Source: an uncultured Planctomycetia bacterium (lineage in GTDB: Bacteria > Omnitrophota > Gorgyraeia > Tantalellales > Tantalellaceae). From it: a DNA stretch of 64,000 nucleotides. Positions 18,969-30,741 of this stretch are shown here, piece by piece. The DNA is taken from NCBI GenBank assembly GCA_964421015.1, contig CAYQUS010000001.1:172726-236725 (forward strand), given 5' to 3'. The translations under genes and the position numbers were made by a program. The notes beneath the pieces are model-generated. The model searched no databases. It was not told the origin of the DNA and saw only the letters and a list, made by a program, of their open reading frames with translations. The number at the start of each line of letters is the position of its first letter. The first letter of the stretch is position 1.

Positions 18969-20534
18969 TCATAAACCCCTCTCTGTTTTTCTTTTTTTCC
19001 AGGCTATTTTGACCATTACGGCCAACAACGTAAGTACCAGGAGCAGCGCCATCCTTGTCGCCAGTACGTATGGCCTGTCAGCGTCTGGCACATTTGTCAT
19101 TCGTATGACGCTTAACCAGCCGTTTTTCTGGAAAAACCAGAAAAGAAGTACCGCTATAAGAAAAACCGGGGTGACGTACTTCATGACATATTTGTATATC
19201 CCCGGTATCCTGAGGTCGGCGCCGTGATGCACTTCCTCCCATGCCTTATTTATCCCGAAAACCCACCCGAAAAGTATGACCTCGAGCGTCGCGAACAGTA
19301 CCAGGCAGAATGTACCTCCCCAGAAATCAAGCTCGTCCACTACACCCTTTCCGAGAAAAAATATCGCGGCGTTGCAAAGAGTGAATGTCACGGCGGAAAA
19401 GATCTTTACGGCGCGGGCCCTTGATATATTGAACTCATCCTCCAGAAAAGATATCGCCGGCTGAGCCATGGATACGGAGGAAGTCACCCCGGCCAGGAAC
19501 AAGAGACTGAACCACAAAAAACCCATAATACCCGGGAACGGCATTTTGCCAAGGATGATCGGCATAGTTACAAAACCCAGGTTGAACGCGCCGGATCCGG
19601 CGATGTCGTGCATGGCTGCCGGGCCGAAAAAAACAAAAGCCGCCGGTATTATTATGCTGCCGCCGATAATGACCTCCGCCACCTCGTTCATACTTACTGC
19701 AGTAAGGCCCGACAGAGCCACATCATCGCCTTTTTTCAGGTAACTCGCGTATGTAAGTATAACCCCCATCCCCACGCTTAAAGTGAAAAAAACCTGTCCG
19801 GTGGCCGAAAGCCATACAGAAGAGTTCTTTAGAGCCGATAGATCAGGGTTCCACAGGTACCCCAGTCCGTTGAGCGAGTTCCACTCTGGTCTTGCAATGT
19901 CAGGAGCCCCCAGTGAAAGCACTCTCACTGCAAGTATGGCCCCAAAAACAAGTAACGTGGGCAGGGCAATTTTGCAAAAACGCTCTATCCCTCCCCGTAT
20001 CCCGTGGCTTAAGATGAAGACATTTGTGAGAAAGGTCAAAATAAAAAAACCGTATGCCGTAAAGATACCGGAAAAATACTGGTTTTTCTCCAACCCCTGG
20101 TATCCCCTGAGAAAAGACTGCATGCCTTCTCTTGTAGTTATACCCGCGTATTTTCCGGTAAGAGCGAAAAAACTGTACGCCAAGGTCCATGACTCAACGT
20201 AAGTGTAGTATATCATTATCACCAGCGGGCCGAAGATGCCTATCACCCCAAAGTATTTTATGAACCTGTTCTTGTCGCTCAAAGAATGGAACACTCCCGG
20301 CGCGGAGGAATGCTCAAAACCACCCCCGTAACGGCCTATCGACCACTCTATCCACATAAGCGGGATACCCACGAGAAGGAGAGCTATGAAATAAGGTATC
20401 ATAAAGGCCCCGCCTCCGTTACGCGCGGCCTGCACCGGGAACCTGAGAAAATTTCCAAGGCCTACCGCGGACCCGGCCACGGCCATTATGATCCCCAGTC
20501 TCGACCCCCAAGAATCCCTTATTCTCTTTTTCAC
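18969..20534 (-). CDS. neurotransmitter:sodium symporter family (SLC6/LeuT-like) transporter
   Basis: GLGNFLRFP signature near the N-terminus; polytopic membrane protein of 521 aa. Confidence 0.85.
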   Translation of the reverse strand: MKKRIRDSWGSRLGIIMAVAGSAVGLGNFLRFPVQAARNGGGAFMIPYFIALLLVGIPLMWIEWSIGRYGGGFEHSSAPGVFHSLSDKNRFIKYFGVIGIFGPLVIMIYYTYVESWTLAYSFFALTGKYAGITTREGMQSFLRGYQGLEKNQYFSGIFTAYGFFILTFLTNVFILSHGIRGGIERFCKIALPTLLVFGAILAVRVLSLGAPDIARPEWNSLNGLGYLWNPDLSALKNSSVWLSATGQVFFTLSVGMGVILTYASYLKKGDDVALSGLTAVSMNEVAEVIIGGSIIIPAAFVFFGPAAMHDIAGSGAFNLGFVTMPIILGKMPFPGIMGFLWFSLLFLAGVTSSVSMAQPAISFLEDEFNISRARAVKIFSAVTFTLCNAAIFFLGKGVVDELDFWGGTFCLVLFATLEVILFGWVFGINKAWEEVHHGADLRIPGIYKYVMKYVTPVFLIAVLLFWFFQKNGWLSVIRMTNVPDADRPYVLATRMALLLVLTLLAVMVKIAWKKRKTERGL

Positions 20535-20547
20535 GATATCCCCCGGC

Positions 20548-20793
20548 CTATTTGAACCTAACGAAAAGCCTTCCCCAGTTCTTGGAATCCTTCTCTACCC
20601 TGTCGTAAAGGTCCCTGTTCCTCTCGAGGAATTTTAGCACCCTTTTCTTCAACTGCCCGGACCCCTTTCCGGGGATTATCTCCACTATTTTTACTTTTTC
20701 GTCCTTCGCCCGGAGCATAAGGTCCCTTAGCGCCTTTTCTATTTCGTTATGCCTGTTGAATATGTCGTGAAGATCCAAAGTTATTTTTTTCAT
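20548..20793 (-). CDS. stand-alone Smr-domain protein
   Basis: LDLHD...IIPGKGSG (DLH and GKG motifs) in an 81-aa protein. Confidence 0.7.
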   Translation of the reverse strand: MKKITLDLHDIFNRHNEIEKALRDLMLRAKDEKVKIVEIIPGKGSGQLKKRVLKFLERNRDLYDRVEKDSKNWGRLFVRFK

Positions 20794-20846
20794 TGTCCTC
20801 CTGTTTTCTCCTGCCGAAGAGCTCGGAAAAGGAGTTCCCAGCGCGA

Positions 20847-21263
20847 CTATCGGTCCCTATCAAGACTTACGGCCTTGCGTTTCTCTTTTTTCAGGGAAAC
20901 CATTTTTTTATCTCGGAGCATTTTTTCTTTCGCCCTTTTAGAGCGCTTCCTTTTCTGACGCCTTATTTTTTCGGCGATCTCTCTTTCTTTTATCACCTTT
21001 CCGGTGACCGCTCTTTCTATCTTGTCTAAAAGGATCCTCCTGGCGAAAAACCGGTTAAGCGGTCTGGATCTTCCCGCGGAACACTTCACGCTCATGCCTG
21101 AGGGAACATGAACAAGGTACACACAGGTGGAAGTTTTATTGACATGCTGCCCCCCGGGGCCTTGTGACCTCATGAACGACTCCTTGAGGTCCTTTTCCTG
21201 CACTCCAAAAAGGGACATTTTCTCTTTAAGGGCTTTTTCCTTGCGGGGAGAGACGTTAAACAT
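20847..21263 (-). CDS. arfB: ArfB/ICT1-like GGQ-domain peptidyl-tRNA hydrolase (ribosome rescue factor)
   Basis: GPGGQHVNKTST GGQ motif followed by a highly basic C-terminal tail. Confidence 0.7.
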   Translation of the reverse strand: MFNVSPRKEKALKEKMSLFGVQEKDLKESFMRSQGPGGQHVNKTSTCVYLVHVPSGMSVKCSAGRSRPLNRFFARRILLDKIERAVTGKVIKEREIAEKIRRQKRKRSKRAKEKMLRDKKMVSLKKEKRKAVSLDRDR

Positions 21264-21365
21264 TATTCGCGGAAAATCTAATTTGTGCCGCTAACAACTA
21301 AGCGCGGCGTTTTCACTTGGGCGGACAATTGCCGCCCGGCACACCCGAAACACCGAAAAATCGCG

Positions 21366-22415
21366 TCAGGCGCTTAAAATGGAATCCGCTGTTCCGAAAA
21401 TATTTTTCTCGCAGCGCGGATTTGACGGATCTGTCATCCAGGTATCGTCAACGAGGAACTTATACCTGTATTGTCCTCTTTTCATGGCGAAGTGTCCGGA
21501 CCACTCGCCGTTTTCCTGTTTTACAAGCTGATTGTCGTCGCTCTTTTCCCAGTTATTAAAATCTCCCAGCACGTAAACGGATCCTGCCTGAGGGATACTT
21601 ATCGTGAACTCTTTAACTATAACGTCCATCTTCCTGGTCTCAAAGTTCACTATCTCGCTTGTGATGTTGTAAAAATCCAGAGCAGCGAATGACTTCGGAT
21701 CGTACTCAAATATAGTCTTACCGCTCCTGGCCGCCTCTCTCAATCTCACACTTGACCTTATCTTGGTGGAAAGCATGTACGGCCCAAGTCTTTTCTGCGC
21801 GTCCTTTTCTATCTGCCTTGCGAAATTTGACCGTCCGTCGTAAATGTTCATCGCGAAATATGTGGCCGGAGATCTCCCTGTTTCTGACTTCAGAAGGCTG
21901 GTTACCCTGTAAACATTGCTTATACCGTTGAACGAAAAGTAGCTGAGGTCTATCGGGACTATTATCACATCGGCCGCGTACATGGAATTAAGCGTAAGAA
22001 ATCCAAAACTCGGAGGTGAATCTATGATCGCGTAGTCATAACTCTCGAAAAAAACATTTTTCAGCACACGGTGAAGCACGGAAGCCGCACCGTTCACTCC
22101 GCCCAGATTTATTTCCGCTGTAGAAAGCATCATGTTCGCGGGGATAAAACCCAGATTTTCCCTGCCTTCCGAAACGATGGTTATCTCTCCGAGCGGCGGT
22201 TCAACACTGTCAAAATGAGCTCTGAAGATATCATATGAGGTTTTTCTATCCGAAGATTCCCGGGTATAGCCGAGAGCGTACGTAGCGTGCGCCTGCGGGT
22301 CGAGGTCTACAAGCAGGGTCTTTGACCCCATTTTCGCCAAAGCCGCGGCGATATTGACCGCCATCGTCGTTTTTCCACATCCACCTTTCTGGTTGGCAAT
22401 AGATATAACTTTCAT
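21366..22415 (-). CDS. ParA/MinD-family ATPase fused to a C-terminal CBM48 (AMPK-beta glycogen-binding) domain
   Basis: Deviant Walker A NQKGGCGKTT and a ParA-like body (~255 aa). The C-terminal ~85 aa (VYVLGDFNNWEK...GQYRYKFLVDDTWMTDPSNP) align closely with the AMPK-beta GBD/CBM48. Confidence 0.8.
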   Translation of the reverse strand: MKVISIANQKGGCGKTTMAVNIAAALAKMGSKTLLVDLDPQAHATYALGYTRESSDRKTSYDIFRAHFDSVEPPLGEITIVSEGRENLGFIPANMMLSTAEINLGGVNGAASVLHRVLKNVFFESYDYAIIDSPPSFGFLTLNSMYAADVIIVPIDLSYFSFNGISNVYRVTSLLKSETGRSPATYFAMNIYDGRSNFARQIEKDAQKRLGPYMLSTKIRSSVRLREAARSGKTIFEYDPKSFAALDFYNITSEIVNFETRKMDVIVKEFTISIPQAGSVYVLGDFNNWEKSDDNQLVKQENGEWSGHFAMKRGQYRYKFLVDDTWMTDPSNPRCEKNIFGTADSILSA

Positions 22416-22717
22416 TCTAATCCTCCCGCGCAATTTGTGGTTGATAATGGCCGCTTGCGATGTACCTCGTATTTTGCGAAGAGTATACCATAAGGATTCA
22501 ATTGTGTAAATAGCGGCGAAAATAATAGTTACGAAAAGTCCTCCCTCTTTTGAACACCAACCCCCAGGCCGGTACTATTTTCTTATGTACAACGTGTCCC
22601 GGTTACTGTATCATATGTATCTTACTTGCTAAAAGTTTACGTGTTTTTTCATTACGGCTCCGTATTTCACGCGGTATTTTAACTGCCCGGACCGTTAGAA
22701 CAACTTGTCGGTGGTAT

Positions 22718-23560
22718 ATGGCCCAAAAAACAGAGAAATGGGATTCTATAGACAGCGAACTTGCGAGGACCTATTTCAACCCCATGGAAAACGGCCGCAG
22801 GGTATTCCCTGCTCAGGCTAAAGTTCCGCACCATGCGCTTACCATAAGAAAGACCGCGGCCATACTTACGGCTTTGGCGGCAGCGGGACTAGCTTTCATT
22901 CTCGCTGTAAATGTCATGAACGGCATCAAATCTTCGTCCGCTCACGCCAGGAAAAACAGCGTTAAGAACCTGCCTTTATCCTACGCTTTCCTTCCGATAG
23001 AGATGCGTAACGAAAAAATACTTTACGATTTCGAAACGTCAAAGGACGGATGGGAAATACCTCTGTGGGCATCGGAAAAAGAAGACCATACGCAAAGATC
23101 GATGGACATCTCCTCGGACATATCCTCGCGAGGAGAGAAAAGCCTCAAGATAACATCCGACTTTATTCCCGGCAAGTGGGTCGCCTCTATAGGCGAGATA
23201 CAGCACTATCTTGACCTTTCGGATTACGATGCCGTATCGGTTGACATCTATCTCCCTCCTGACGCGCCGTCAAGAGGGTTCAGGGCAAAACTCATTTTCA
23301 CTGTCGGAGAAGACTGGAAATTCATAGAGATGTCCCGTTCGGTTCGCCTTGAGAACGGGAAATGGAACAACATCTTCGCGAGCATAAAACCCGATTCCAA
23401 AGACTGGAAATGGACCAAGGTGAACGAATCGTTCAAGGAAGACGTCAGAAAGATATCTCTACGGGTAGAATATGAAGGCAAGGACGGATATTCCGGTCCG
23501 GTGTACATAGATAATTTCAGAACAGGCAACACGGGCCCTGCCGGCCCCGAAAATTTATAA
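22718..23560 (+). CDS. membrane-anchored protein with a C-terminal CBM-like beta-sandwich domain
   Basis: The start is trimmed to MAQKTEKW. One TM helix; the C-terminal ~190 aa show a YDFE..GW / W...G / GKWN pattern like carbohydrate-binding modules. Divergent from the ParA-CBM48 gene. Confidence 0.45.
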   Translation: MAQKTEKWDSIDSELARTYFNPMENGRRVFPAQAKVPHHALTIRKTAAILTALAAAGLAFILAVNVMNGIKSSSAHARKNSVKNLPLSYAFLPIEMRNEKILYDFETSKDGWEIPLWASEKEDHTQRSMDISSDISSRGEKSLKITSDFIPGKWVASIGEIQHYLDLSDYDAVSVDIYLPPDAPSRGFRAKLIFTVGEDWKFIEMSRSVRLENGKWNNIFASIKPDSKDWKWTKVNESFKEDVRKISLRVEYEGKDGYSGPVYIDNFRTGNTGPAGPENL

Positions 23561-23561
23561 T

Positions 23562-24575
23562 TTAAAACAGCGAATCCCCTGCTCTCCCCTGAAGATCTTC
23601 ACCGTTGCCTGACACATGGTTGTCTTTGGTTCTCCCCTCTCCCAGAAAATATTTCCTGTTCTTTATGGTAACAAAGTTGCTCCACTCTCGTCCTTCTCCC
23701 GACTGTGAAACTATGATCTCTTTCACCGCGTTGGCCTGCGAGACCAGCTCATCCGACTGGTAAACGATAGTAGCCTCAAGTGTTTTCGGGAGCACAGGAG
23801 ACTGCTGTTCGTACTCTCCGTGATGCGACAAAATGATATGCTCAAGTCTCATGGCCGTAGCCTCGGGGAAAGACCCTACTTCCGAGATCTTACCCACCAG
23901 GAGTTTGTGCCCTATGCCTATATGTCCTATAAGCCCCCCGGGAACGGTATATTCCATCTTGTCCGGATCAAGCTCGAAGACTTTACCTATGTCGTGTATA
24001 AAAGCCCCGAAGAGCGCCACATCCCTGTCAGCCTCTGGATAAAGATCGCACATCTTGTCCACAACGTACATAACCTCGTATGTGTGCTCGACAAGACCGC
24101 CCACGTATGCGTTGTGCCAGCTTTTACCTCCCACGCCCCGCTCAAAGATCTCCATGAACGCTTTGTCATTCCAGAAATTTTCCGCAAGTTTTTTTATCCA
24201 GGGATCATTTAACCCGTTAAGATAGTCCCCTATTTTTTTCTTTATCCCAGCTATATCCTCCGCCACTCTTACCATATCCGATGCTTGAAATTCTCCGGGT
24301 ACAGCTTTGGCCATAAATTCCGCTTTTACCTGTTTTTCCTCCCGGAACTTTTCCACGACTCCCCTTACCCTCACCACATCGCCGGTATCGGCCGCGCCGT
24401 TGAACTTTTCGGCGTCGTCCCAAACACGGCACTCTATAGTGCCTGTCTTGTCCGCCAGAGTAAGCTCAAGGTAGGGTTTATCTTTCTTGGTAAGTTTCAG
24501 GTTCTTCTTGCGAAGCAGAAAAAAAGAATCGAGTTTTTCTCCGCTATCCAGCTCTGAAACGAATTTTTTAACCAT
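23562..24575 (-). CDS. YhaM-like 3'-5' exoribonuclease (OB-fold plus HD domain)
   Basis: N-terminal OB-fold followed by HD-domain motifs (HDIGK, SHHGEYE). Confidence 0.7.
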   Translation of the reverse strand: MVKKFVSELDSGEKLDSFFLLRKKNLKLTKKDKPYLELTLADKTGTIECRVWDDAEKFNGAADTGDVVRVRGVVEKFREEKQVKAEFMAKAVPGEFQASDMVRVAEDIAGIKKKIGDYLNGLNDPWIKKLAENFWNDKAFMEIFERGVGGKSWHNAYVGGLVEHTYEVMYVVDKMCDLYPEADRDVALFGAFIHDIGKVFELDPDKMEYTVPGGLIGHIGIGHKLLVGKISEVGSFPEATAMRLEHIILSHHGEYEQQSPVLPKTLEATIVYQSDELVSQANAVKEIIVSQSGEGREWSNFVTIKNRKYFLGEGRTKDNHVSGNGEDLQGRAGDSLF

Positions 24576-24604
24576 ATGTCCTCTGCAGTTCTGCTTGAAA
24601 TGAC

Positions 24605-25213
24605 CTAGCTCTGCCTTGAGATCTGAAAAATACCGTTCTGGGCAAAAACGTTCGGAATGAATTTTACCTGTCTTCCGTTAGATATGAAAAATTTCTTTTC
24701 CACTTTTATTTTCTGCCTGCGGCAAAACTCCTCAAAATCCCTTATGCTCAAAAAATGACGGTTGGGGGTATCGTACCAGCTGTAAGGAAGAGACGGCGTT
24801 ACAGGCACATGTCCTGAAAAAAATATCTGTAACCGCGCGGGAAGATAACAGAAATTAGGAAATCCCACTATAAGTTTTTTCCCTATCCTCAAAGCCTCGT
24901 TTATGGCTTCCAGAGGCCTTTGCACCTGCTGCATGGTCTGATTGAAGATAACATAATCGAAAAACCTGTCAGGATACTCCCTAAGCCCGGAATCTATGTC
25001 CCCGTGTGACACGCTGAGCCCTTTTTCAACGCAGCTGTATATCGCTTGCTCGCTTATTTCGACTCCGCTCCCCTTGACATCCTTCTTCTTAACCAGATAC
25101 TCCAGAAGATCACCGTCGCCGCACCCCACATCCAGCACTACGGCCCCCTGCGATACCATCGAGCCTATCACGCGATGATCGTACCTGAGCTCCCTCTCTT
25201 CGGTAAAGTTCAT
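24605..25213 (-). CDS. metW: methionine biosynthesis protein MetW
   Basis: [15 protein letters not shown]-binding motif; FPNF and PYSWYDTPN motifs of MetW; immediately downstream of metX. Confidence 0.85.
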   Translation of the reverse strand: MNFTEERELRYDHRVIGSMVSQGAVVLDVGCGDGDLLEYLVKKKDVKGSGVEISEQAIYSCVEKGLSVSHGDIDSGLREYPDRFFDYVIFNQTMQQVQRPLEAINEALRIGKKLIVGFPNFCYLPARLQIFFSGHVPVTPSLPYSWYDTPNRHFLSIRDFEEFCRRQKIKVEKKFFISNGRQVKFIPNVFAQNGIFQISRQS

Positions 25214-26358
25214 TTTGTTTTCCCGAGTTTGTTGTAGGTATTGTTAAGGAAATGCCCGATAAGTTTGGTTTCCTCCTTGAACTCCAGGAGAAAAGCGTCG
25301 TGCCCGTAATCGGAACTGATCTCGCAGTAAGTAACGTCGCAGCCGTTCATTTTAAGGGCCTTTACTATTTCCTTTGACTGAAAAGGAGGATACAACCAGT
25401 CGGAACTGAAAGCTATTACCAGAAACCTTGACTTGGCGTTCCTGAACGCCGCTTCCAGGGTCTTATCTTTCTGAATATCAAAAAGGTCCATGGCTTTAGT
25501 TATATAAAGATAACTGTTGGCATCGAACCTTTTAACGAAACTGTCGCCCCTGTACCTCAGGTATCCTTCGACTTCGAACTCCGTAGTGAACTCATACCCG
25601 AGTTTTTCCTTTTTAATGGCGCGGCCGAACTTGTTTTCCATGGAGGTATTGCTCATGTATGTTATATGCCCTATCATCCTGGCAACGGCCAACCCGGAAG
25701 ACGGATGGTTCTTTTCGTAATAATCCCCACCTTCCCAGGCCGGATCCGCCATTATGGCCTGCCGTCCGACCTCATTGAACGCTATCTGCTGGGCGGAATG
25801 TTTATAGGTCGTGGCGATAGGAATACATGAAGCCACCTTCTCTGGATAGGAGATCGCCCACTCCAGAACCTGCATCCCACCCATGGAACCGCCTGCTACC
25901 GCCAGAAGCCGCTCTATACCCAGAAAATCGATCAGAAGCTTCTGCGCGTTGACCATATCCTTTATCGATACTATCGGGAAACCGAGCCCATAGGGTTTTC
26001 CGGTCTCGGGATTTATGGAATTAGGTCCGCTGGACCCTTGACATCCGCCGACGACGTTCGAACAGATGACAAAAAATCTGTCAGTATCAAAAGCTTTACC
26101 CGGACCTATCATGTCGTCCCACCAGCCGGGTTTCTTTTCCCCTCTTCTGTACCCTGCGGCGTGGGCATCGCCCGACAGGGCGTGGCAGATCAAAACGGCA
26201 TTATCTTTTTCGGGAGCAAGGTTACCGTAGGTTTCATAAGCTATCTTGAGCCCCTTAAGATCCACACCGCTCTGGAGCCTGAACCCGGTCTCTCCGGGAA
26301 GATTATAGTATCTGGTCTGTGCGTATTCCTGCGCCTTTGCCTGCCGCTTCTCCGTCAT
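25210..26358 (-). CDS. metX: homoserine O-acetyltransferase
   Basis: Alpha/beta-hydrolase MetX family sequence; stop overlaps the metW start by 4 bp. Confidence 0.9.
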   Translation of the reverse strand: MTEKRQAKAQEYAQTRYYNLPGETGFRLQSGVDLKGLKIAYETYGNLAPEKDNAVLICHALSGDAHAAGYRRGEKKPGWWDDMIGPGKAFDTDRFFVICSNVVGGCQGSSGPNSINPETGKPYGLGFPIVSIKDMVNAQKLLIDFLGIERLLAVAGGSMGGMQVLEWAISYPEKVASCIPIATTYKHSAQQIAFNEVGRQAIMADPAWEGGDYYEKNHPSSGLAVARMIGHITYMSNTSMENKFGRAIKKEKLGYEFTTEFEVEGYLRYRGDSFVKRFDANSYLYITKAMDLFDIQKDKTLEAAFRNAKSRFLVIAFSSDWLYPPFQSKEIVKALKMNGCDVTYCEISSDYGHDAFLLEFKEETKLIGHFLNNTYNKLGKTK

Positions 26359-26372
26359 ATTGTCTGTCCCCG

Positions 26373-27308
26373 CTATTTCATGTAATCGGAAAAAAGCCAG
26401 CTGCTGAGATACCTTTCTCCGGTATCACACAGCACCGTCACTATCTTTTTCCCTGAATTTTCTTTTCTGGAAGCTATCTTAACGCTGGCCGCCACATTCG
26501 CCCCGGCTGATATCCCCGCCAGTATACCTTCCTCTCTGGCCAGACGCCTGGACATATCCCCGGCTTCTTCGTCTTTTATCGTGATTATCTCATCAATCAG
26601 GTCTTTTTTCAATATCTTAGGAACAAAACCCGCGCCTATACCCTGTATCTTGTGTATCCCAGGCTGCCCTCCCGAAATAACGGGACTTCCGGCCGGCTCA
26701 ACCCCGACTATTTTTATCCGGGGGGATCTTTTTTTAAGAAATTCCCCGACCCCGGTTATAGTACCTCCGGTTCCTATGCCGCAAACAAAAATGTCCACCT
26801 TACCCCCGGTATCCTCCCATATCTCACGAGCCGTAGTCCTCTTGTGCGCATCAGGATTCGCGGGATTCTCAAACTGCTGGAGCATGACGGCTCCGGGCGT
26901 ACCCGCTAAAACCTCTTCGGCTTTTTCCACCGCTCCCTTCATTCCCTTTTCGCCAGGGGTCAGTATAAGCTCCGCCCCGAAAATCTTAAGAAGAGCCCGC
27001 CTTTCAAGGCTCATGGTCTCTGGCATGGTCAGTATAAGCCTGTATCCACGGACAGCGCAGACAAAAGCCAGGGCTATGCCGGTATTGCCGCTTGTAGGCT
27101 CTACTATTACCGATCCGTTCTTCAGCCTTCCGGACTTTTCGGCATTTTCCACCATTGAAAGCGCTATTCTGTCTTTCACACTGGAAAGAGGATTAAAAAA
27201 TTCGGCTTTCGCCGCGATCTCAGAGTTAAGCCCCCTCGAGATCCTTTTTAACCTTACCAGAGGCGTCCTTCCTATGGTCTCAGTTATGTCGTCATAAACC
27301 TTCATCGT
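26373..27308 (-). CDS. cysK: cysteine synthase / O-acetylserine sulfhydrylase
   Basis: PLP motifs SVKDR and GNTGIAL. Start trimmed to MKVYDD; the ORF's earlier Met at 27344 would overlap metY by 4 bp. Confidence 0.9.
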   Translation of the reverse strand, partial: TMKVYDDITETIGRTPLVRLKRISRGLNSEIAAKAEFFNPLSSVKDRIALSMVENAEKSGRLKNGSVIVEPTSGNTGIALAFVCAVRGYRLILTMPETMSLERRALLKIFGAELILTPGEKGMKGAVEKAEEVLAGTPGAVMLQQFENPANPDAHKRTTAREIWEDTGGKVDIFVCGIGTGGTITGVGEFLKKRSPRIKIVGVEPAGSPVISGGQPGIHKIQGIGAGFVPKILKKDLIDEIITIKDEEAGDMSRRLAREEGILAGISAGANVAASVKIASRKENSGKKIVTVLCDTGERYLSSWLFSDYMK

Positions 27309-27340
27309 ACCGCCTTCTTGTGGGAACGTTCCACTCAATT

Positions 27341-28651
<1,311 letters not shown>

Positions 28652-28663
28652 TTAAATTCCCGA

Positions 28664-29683
28664 TTATCTTCTTCTGAACCAGTACTCTTCTTTATTAAGA
28701 TCCTCCACCCTCTCCGGCTGGTGTGCGGTATTAGTGCCTAGTATGTACCCGGATCCATACAAGTTACGGAACCAATAAACTGCTTCCTTCCACATATAAT
28801 ACGTCAGTATCTGCCACAAGGGAGGAGAAACCTTTCGAACCTCATAAGTAACGTAATCGTTGTTCACCATAACGCGTACATAATGGTGGTATCCTCCCTC
28901 GGAATCCGGGATCTCCGTGAGCATACCGCCTCCCCCCGTCACGATGTACTCGACTCCGTCGAAAAAGGCGCTCTTGAACATATGTTTGTGGCCTGAAAAC
29001 ACTTTTTTTACCCCGTACTTGGCGCAGAGTTTACGGAACCTGTAAGCCCAGGGGCTGTTATCCTCGTTATACCATTCCTGCTGATAAGGATCGAAAGGCG
29101 GCTTGTGCAATATCACGAATATATGCTCGTAATCCTGCCCTTTTGAAAGTTCCTTTTCCAGCCATTCGAACTGTTCCTCGGAAGGGTTACCCTTCTGATT
29201 ATTAAGAACGATGAAGTATGAGTTCCTGTTCGCGAAAGAAAACTCGGCGCTGCCGCAGTATTCTTTAAAAAGTTCGGGCTCGTCATGGTTGCCTATTGCC
29301 GATATGACGGGATATTTTATGAGCTTCTGCACTTTTTTATACCGCCTGTAATGCGAGTCGGCCCCGTCAAGCGTGACATCCCCGGCGTTCAAAACAAAGT
29401 CTATTGGCACTTTTCTGAAACGATCCTCCCTGTTCATATGCCATATGAGTTTAATAGCGGCGCTGTCATTGAAGATAAGCCCGGCATGATTGTCCCCGAA
29501 AACGATAAAGGAGAAATAAACGCCGCTCTTATCCATCAGCTTTGATATATTGGACTCGTTGTTATCGTCTTTTCCCGATCCGTCCATAACCCAGAAATGC
29601 ACCATGGGAAGGAAAGAATAGAACACCATGGCCAGAAAAACCGAAACGGAAAATCTCAGAAAAAGTTTTCTGTTAATTCTCAT
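28664..29683 (-). CDS. membrane-anchored calcineurin-like metallophosphoesterase
   Basis: GDNH / GNHD / GHKH metallophosphoesterase motifs; N-terminal TM helix. Confidence 0.75.
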   Translation of the reverse strand: MRINRKLFLRFSVSVFLAMVFYSFLPMVHFWVMDGSGKDDNNESNISKLMDKSGVYFSFIVFGDNHAGLIFNDSAAIKLIWHMNREDRFRKVPIDFVLNAGDVTLDGADSHYRRYKKVQKLIKYPVISAIGNHDEPELFKEYCGSAEFSFANRNSYFIVLNNQKGNPSEEQFEWLEKELSKGQDYEHIFVILHKPPFDPYQQEWYNEDNSPWAYRFRKLCAKYGVKKVFSGHKHMFKSAFFDGVEYIVTGGGGMLTEIPDSEGGYHHYVRVMVNNDYVTYEVRKVSPPLWQILTYYMWKEAVYWFRNLYGSGYILGTNTAHQPERVEDLNKEEYWFRRR

Positions 29684-29684
29684 G

Positions 29685-30242
29685 TCAGGTCCCCCTTAGA
29701 TCCATAAGCTTTGTTTCCGGACGGCAGAAAAGACCGTTGCCTAGGTGGTGCAATGTCAAAAGCTCATCTTTTTCGAACAACCAGTGTCCACGGAAAGCGC
29801 TTTCCTCCGCCTCTGCGTATTTTACTCTCCCGGCAACCACATTATATTCTTCCAGGAGATGCCTGTCTCTAACAAGCTCGCACTCAAGGAACGCCATGGA
29901 CCCGGCAACTCCTGGCGACAATACCTTTTTGGACATCCTTTCTGACAATCCGGCAACTGAAAATTTGTCTTCGTCATGGCCGGAAATATTGCCGCATGCC
30001 ATAACTGCTCCGGCCATACCTGACGAGGGTATATTTACGACAAAATCTCCTGTCTCAGTTATGCACCTGTAAATAAAATGGCTTTCGGATATGACCAGGG
30101 CTATCAGAGGAGGATCCTTTTCTAAAGGCATCGTCCAGGCTACGGGAGTGACACCCTTTCTTTCTCCGGATCTTGAACTTACAAGCACCACCGGACCGTG
30201 GTTTATAAGCCTTGTAGCAAGGTTCAAAGGAACTTCGATCAT
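29685..30242 (-). CDS. flavin reductase-like FMN-binding protein
   Basis: Split-barrel flavin reductase-like sequence (HGPVVLVSS...). Confidence 0.7.
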   Translation of the reverse strand: MIEVPLNLATRLINHGPVVLVSSRSGERKGVTPVAWTMPLEKDPPLIALVISESHFIYRCITETGDFVVNIPSSGMAGAVMACGNISGHDEDKFSVAGLSERMSKKVLSPGVAGSMAFLECELVRDRHLLEEYNVVAGRVKYAEAEESAFRGHWLFEKDELLTLHHLGNGLFCRPETKLMDLRGT

Positions 30243-30270
30243 CTTCCCTCCAAAGACCCGGGATATAGCG

Positions 30271-30741
30271 TCACCGTGATATACCGGTTATCTTGTAGAA
30301 CATTACTCCTCCCGGAGTTTTTATCTCGACCACATCACCTTCCCTGTGTCCAAGAAGGGCTTTCCCGACAGGAGAGGTCACCGATATCTTATTTTCAGAG
30401 AAATCAGACTCTTCCTCAGAAACAAGCATATACTCGAATTCCTCTTTTGTTTCCTCATCGTGTACTTTTACCCTGGCTCCCAGCAAAGCCTCGCTGGCTG
30501 AAATTACGCTTTCGTCCATTATCCTGGCTCTCATAAGAAGATCTTCCAGCTCGGATATTCTTTTCTCGTTATGCGCCTGGGCTTCCTTCGCGGCATCGTA
30601 TTCCGCGTTCTCGCTCAGGTCACCGTGCGCTCTGGCTTCGGCAAGGGCTTTGGCTACCTCCCTGCGTTTTTCTCCCTTTAGGAATTCCAGCTCTTTTACT
30701 ATTTTGTCCCGGCCCTCCCGGGTTAAAGTGACATACCCCAT
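30271..30741 (-). CDS. greA: transcription elongation factor GreA
   Basis: Aligns with E. coli GreA from MGYVTLTREG...HGDLSENAEYDAAKE; the start is trimmed accordingly. Confidence 0.85.
   Translation of the reverse strand: MGYVTLTREGRDKIVKELEFLKGEKRREVAKALAEARAHGDLSENAEYDAAKEAQAHNEKRISELEDLLMRARIMDESVISASEALLGARVKVHDEETKEEFEYMLVSEEESDFSENKISVTSPVGKALLGHREGDVVEIKTPGGVMFYKITGISR

Noticed and set aside
21290-21345. GGGCGG-ACAATT-GCCGCCC hairpin downstream of the parA-CBM48 gene as a terminator
   Set aside because: No U-tract on either strand, so it is too weak to call.
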